A DNA stretch of 23,685 bases from Anaerolineae bacterium (GTDB lineage Bacteria > Chloroflexota > Anaerolineae > Aggregatilineales > Phototrophicaceae): contig DAOTWP010000327.1 in the NCBI GenBank assembly GCA_034435675.1, positions 1 through 23,685 of the forward strand. The letters are read 5' to 3'. The notes beneath the pieces are model-generated. The model was not told the origin of the DNA. It searched no databases and worked only from the letters and a program-made list of their open reading frames with translations. This document shows positions 20,573 through 23,685 of this stretch, one piece after another. Position numbers and translations under genes: made by a program. Within the stretch, counting starts at the first letter, position 1, and the number at the start of each line of letters is the position of its first letter.

Positions 20573-21976
20573 ATGCATTTACCGAAAGCGCTGCGCGGGC
20601 GGCGCTGGATCGTTGATCTGCTGTTTCTGCTGGCGCTGGGCATGTTTGCCCTGCTGGGCGTGCCGCTTGCCAGCTTTCATGGTGACGAAGCAATGCTGAT
20701 CTACATGAGCAGCGACTACGCGACCGCGTTTATTGACGGCAACCCCGACGCGCTCAAAGTCACCCCGCCCTACTACATTGATCAGGACAACTGGCTGCGC
20801 ATCCTCAATGGCTCGGTCACGCGCTATGCCATTGGCGTGTCGTGGCATCTGGCAGGCTACACGCGCGAGGCGCTGCCGCCGCGCCCCGGCTGGGACTGGG
20901 GCTTGGACTATGACACCAACGTCGCTACCAACCACCGCCCGCCGAATGCGCTGCTGCATCTCAGCCGGCTGCATTCCGCCCTGTTCTTCGCCGCCAGCAT
21001 CGCCGCCATGTTCGGCATCGGCTGGCAGCTTGGCGCGCCGCTGGGGTCTGCGCGCCCGCTGGCTTATCTCGCCAGTCTGCTCTATGCGCTGCACCCGGCG
21101 CTGCTGCTCAACGCCCGCCGCGCCATGATGGAAGGTCCGGTACTGTGTTTTGGACTGCTGACACTGCTCGTCGCGCTGGTCCTCGTGCGGCGGCTGGACG
21201 GCGCAGACGGGCGCAGGCAGCTAGCGTTGTTTGCGCTGCTGGCGCTGTGCGGCGCATTAACCCTTTCCAGCAAACACAGCGGCGCGTTGTTTGTCGCCGG
21301 GGCATTTGGCGGCGTCTGGGTAGCAGAACTGCTGCGCGCCGTCACTGCCCGGTCAGGGCTGCGCGGAGTCGGGCTGGTGACGCTGGGTCTGGGCAGCAGC
21401 GGGCTGCTGGCGCTGGGGCTGTTTATTGCCCTGTCGCCCGCCCTGTGGAATGACCCGCCGGCACGGCTGGGCGATCTGCTCCAGCAGCGCGCCGGACTGC
21501 TCGATATTCAGGTGGCAGCATACGGCACAGGCGGCATGCCTGCTGCACAGCGGCTGGAACAGCTTGTCGTACAGCCCTTCATCACCCCGGCGCAGCATTT
21601 TGAAGTCGCCCATTGGGCGGATTACCCGCAGATCAGCGCCGAAGTCAGCGCCTATACGGCATCGCCGCTGGCGGGCGTGCAGTTCGGGCTGTTGCTGGGA
21701 CTGCCGCTGACACTGCTGGCAGGCTGGGGGCTGGTCGCGCTGCTGCTGCCGCGTCTGCGTCCCCCTGCGCCGCAGGCAGCCGTGCTGCTCGTCTGGGCAG
21801 GGGGCACATTCGCCGGGCTGCTGGCAAACCCGCTGCCCTGGCAGCGCTACTATCTGCCCTGGATACCGATTACCATTTTGCTGGCGGCATTCGGAGCGCT
21901 GGCGCTGGCGCGCACCTTGGCACAATTTCGTCAAAGAACGCGAACAAAACAGCAGGCTGCGCCGCTTGCCTCTTGA
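20573..21976 (+). CDS. GT-C fold membrane glycosyltransferase, family 39 / PMT_2 (ArnT/Pmt-like), 467 aa
   Basis: More than 10 predicted TM helices. The DE motif sits immediately after TM1 (ASFHGDEAMLIY), as in PMT/ArnT glycosyltransferases. The first extracytoplasmic loop is large. Confidence 0.5.
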   Translation: MHLPKALRGRRWIVDLLFLLALGMFALLGVPLASFHGDEAMLIYMSSDYATAFIDGNPDALKVTPPYYIDQDNWLRILNGSVTRYAIGVSWHLAGYTREALPPRPGWDWGLDYDTNVATNHRPPNALLHLSRLHSALFFAASIAAMFGIGWQLGAPLGSARPLAYLASLLYALHPALLLNARRAMMEGPVLCFGLLTLLVALVLVRRLDGADGRRQLALFALLALCGALTLSSKHSGALFVAGAFGGVWVAELLRAVTARSGLRGVGLVTLGLGSSGLLALGLFIALSPALWNDPPARLGDLLQQRAGLLDIQVAAYGTGGMPAAQRLEQLVVQPFITPAQHFEVAHWADYPQISAEVSAYTASPLAGVQFGLLLGLPLTLLAGWGLVALLLPRLRPPAPQAAVLLVWAGGTFAGLLANPLPWQRYYLPWIPITILLAAFGALALARTLAQFRQRTRTKQQAAPLAS

Positions 21977-22029
21977 GCCAAATTGCCGCACACTTGGGAT
22001 GTGTTACCCGGATTGAAAGGATTGCCTCC

Positions 22030-22755
22030 ATGCGAACCATCCTGCGGCTGCTGCTGCTTATCCTTCTGTTGACGGCTGCTGCCTGCGGGGGCGACCAGCC
22101 CACCCCCACCGCGACCACCGAACCCGGCGGTCAGGTTGTGCAGCCCACGCCTGACTCGTCTGCGGGCGGTGCGCCCACGCCGGAAAGCGGGCGTGCTACC
22201 CTGCCCCCGGTGGATGATTCCGCTGCGCCGGTGGGCGGCACGGCTGCGGCAGAACAGGCTGCGGCAGATGCGACGGCGACAGCACTGTCACTGCCCCCCA
22301 CATCCACGCCCAATGCCGAAGTCGAAGGCACAGTTGAAGTGAATTCCAGTGCGCTGTTGGCGGAAACGCCGGTCACGACTCCCGACCCGGATGCTGGCAT
22401 CCCCTTCGACGAAATCCTGTTTGAGCAGACTGGCGGACCGGCGGACGAAACCCTCACCGTACAAATCTTCCCTGACGGTCGAGTGGTTGCCAACGGTGTC
22501 GAAGCGCAGGCAGATTCGGAAGCCATCCTCGAACTGGATCGCACGCTCAACGACATTGGCTTCTATAACCTGCCGAACACGTATGCCGCTATTCCGGGGC
22601 GCGCCGACTCGTTCTACTACGGCATCACCGTCACACGGGCGGGCGCAGCGCGGCGTATCAACGCGATTGACACTACCCTGACACCAGAACTGCGCCTGCT
22701 GATTCAGCGCATTCTGGCGCTCGTCCCGGCAGACGCTTCGGCGACCAGCCCGTAA
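22030..22755 (+). CDS. Putative lipoprotein with a Pro/Thr/Ala-rich linker and a C-terminal globular domain, 241 aa
   Basis: ATG at 22030 with an AAAGGA SD. Signal peptide MRTILRLLLLILLLTAAAC with a lipobox-like Cys (LTAAAC). A PT-rich low-complexity linker follows (DQPTPTATTEPGGQVVQPTPDSSAGGAPTPESG). The 139-codon extension in the track ORF (from 21613) overlaps the upstream gene and was discarded. Confidence 0.55.
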   Translation: MRTILRLLLLILLLTAAACGGDQPTPTATTEPGGQVVQPTPDSSAGGAPTPESGRATLPPVDDSAAPVGGTAAAEQAAADATATALSLPPTSTPNAEVEGTVEVNSSALLAETPVTTPDPDAGIPFDEILFEQTGGPADETLTVQIFPDGRVVANGVEAQADSEAILELDRTLNDIGFYNLPNTYAAIPGRADSFYYGITVTRAGAARRINAIDTTLTPELRLLIQRILALVPADASATSP

Positions 22756-22887
22756 AAGCTGCTTCCGTGACGGGCGCGCACCTGTCACAAAAACGCCGCC
22801 TCATTCGTCTCCTGTTACAGACGATCGAAAGACTCCGGTGGGACTGCTGCGGCAGTCCCCGCCGGTAGAGACCGTGAGGCGGTAACC

Positions 22888-23685
22888 ATGAACAACACAC
22901 AACCACACACACAAGTTGTCATTTTGGGCGCAGGCTATGCCGGGATGATGACGGCGCTGCGGCTGGCGCAGCACACCGCAAAGCTGCCTGTCAGCATTAC
23001 GCTGGTCAACGGAACCGATACCTTTGTCGAGCGCATCCGGCTGCACCAGGTCGCCGCAGCGCAGCGGATACACCAGCGCCCGATTGCGCGGCTGCTGCGC
23101 GGCACAAACATCCGTTTTGTGCGCGCCTGGGTGACTGCTATTGTCCCACAGAGTCGCGAAATCACGCTCAAGACCGATGCTGACGAGCAAACCCTCAGCT
23201 ATGATTATCTCGTTTACGCGCTGGGCAGCACAGCCGACAAGGACAGTGTACCCGGTGTGCGCCAGCACACGCTGGCAGTGGGCGACCCGGCGGACGCCGC
23301 GCAGATGCGTGAACGCCTGCCGCAGCTTGCCGCTGCGAACGGACAGGTCGTGGTGGTCGGCGGCGGGCTGACCGGCATTGAAGCCGCCAGTGAGCTTGCC
23401 GAGGCGTATCCCGGTCTGCGGGTGCGGCTGCTCACGGCGGGCACCCTCGGCGCGGGCTTGTCCGAACCGGGCAGAGCACATCTGTGCGACGTCTTCGCGC
23501 AGTTCGGTATCAGCGTTGAGGAGCAGTGCCGCATCGAACGGGTAGATGCCGGGGCAGTGCTGACCGCGAACGGAGAGCGCATTGCGTTTGACCTGTGCCT
23601 GTGGGCAGGCTCATTCCGCGCGCTGCCGCTGGCGCAGCAGGCAGGGCTGCCGGTCAACCAGCGCGGGCAGATTCTGGTGGACGCT
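22888..23685 (+). CDS. FAD/NAD(P)-binding oxidoreductase, type II NADH dehydrogenase-like (NDH-2 / pyridine nucleotide-disulfide oxidoreductase family), 5' part; runs off the right edge
   Basis: The ATG has a TGAGG SD. The first Rossmann motif is VVILGAGYAGM and the second is VVVVGGGLTGIEAASEL. The ORF is open to the window end, which is why it is absent from the track. Confidence 0.7.
   Translation, partial: MNNTQPHTQVVILGAGYAGMMTALRLAQHTAKLPVSITLVNGTDTFVERIRLHQVAAAQRIHQRPIARLLRGTNIRFVRAWVTAIVPQSREITLKTDADEQTLSYDYLVYALGSTADKDSVPGVRQHTLAVGDPADAAQMRERLPQLAAANGQVVVVGGGLTGIEAASELAEAYPGLRVRLLTAGTLGAGLSEPGRAHLCDVFAQFGISVEEQCRIERVDAGAVLTANGERIAFDLCLWAGSFRALPLAQQAGLPVNQRGQILVDA

Noticed and set aside
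18898-20643. 581-aa minus-strand ORF antisense to serA
   Set aside because: Shadow ORF. The plus strand encodes an unmistakable SerA with an NAD-binding motif and an ACT domain.
21613-22029. 139-codon N-terminal extension of track ORF 21613..22755
   Set aside because: It overlaps the 3' end of the GT39 gene in another frame and is Ala/Arg/Gly-rich. A good SD plus signal peptide begins at 22030.
22801-23657. Minus-strand ORFs 22801..23481 and 23214..23657
   Set aside because: Antisense to a plus-strand ORF with two clear Rossmann GxGxxG motifs (NDH-2-like). Shadow ORFs.

Overview
High-GC (about 62-66% by eye) bacterial chromosomal segment, mostly housekeeping and membrane-function genes, with no transposases, integrases, CRISPR arrays, rRNA or tRNA genes detected. 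All calls rest on motif recognition by eye; no database searches were run.

I call 20 protein-coding genes, two of them truncated by the window ends:
- a partial hypothetical gene at the left edge (1-209, minus)
- a translationally coupled small helical protein + HNH endonuclease pair (403-1085)
- a large membrane-anchored Fe-S oxidoreductase with a heme-b-type membrane domain fused to HdrD/GlpC-like CCG domains (1253-3343)
- a flotillin/SPFH protein (3601-5454, minus)
- a membrane-anchored alpha/beta hydrolase (5988-7298)
- a MacB/FtsX-type ABC exporter, ATPase then permease (7365-10173, minus)
- histidyl-tRNA synthetase (10311-11669, minus)
- a low-GC single-gene islet encoding an NYN + OST-HTH/LOTUS protein, with a 340-nt noncoding tail and an intrinsic terminator just upstream of hisS (11737-12961)
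- a second alpha/beta hydrolase (13030-13821, minus)
- a fused ThrE-family threonine/serine exporter (13906-15249)
- a TetR regulator (15300-15890, minus)
- a serine-biosynthesis-like operon: SerB-like HAD phosphatase, HAD-IA phosphatase, an uncharacterised 347-aa protein, and SerA with an ACT domain (16163-20445)
- a GT39/PMT-like membrane glycosyltransferase followed by a Pro/Thr-rich lipoprotein (20573-22755)
- the 5' part of an NDH-2-like flavoprotein (22888-end)

Several long ORFs on the opposite strand of real genes are high-GC shadow ORFs and were rejected.

The observations I would look at first are: the HNH two-gene cassette; the low-GC NYN islet with its unusual terminator and possible leader peptide in front of hisS; the unknown gene embedded between serB-like and serA, with no serC in the operon; the glycosyltransferase/lipoprotein pair; and an unusually AT-rich 19-bp-arm palindrome between two convergent genes.
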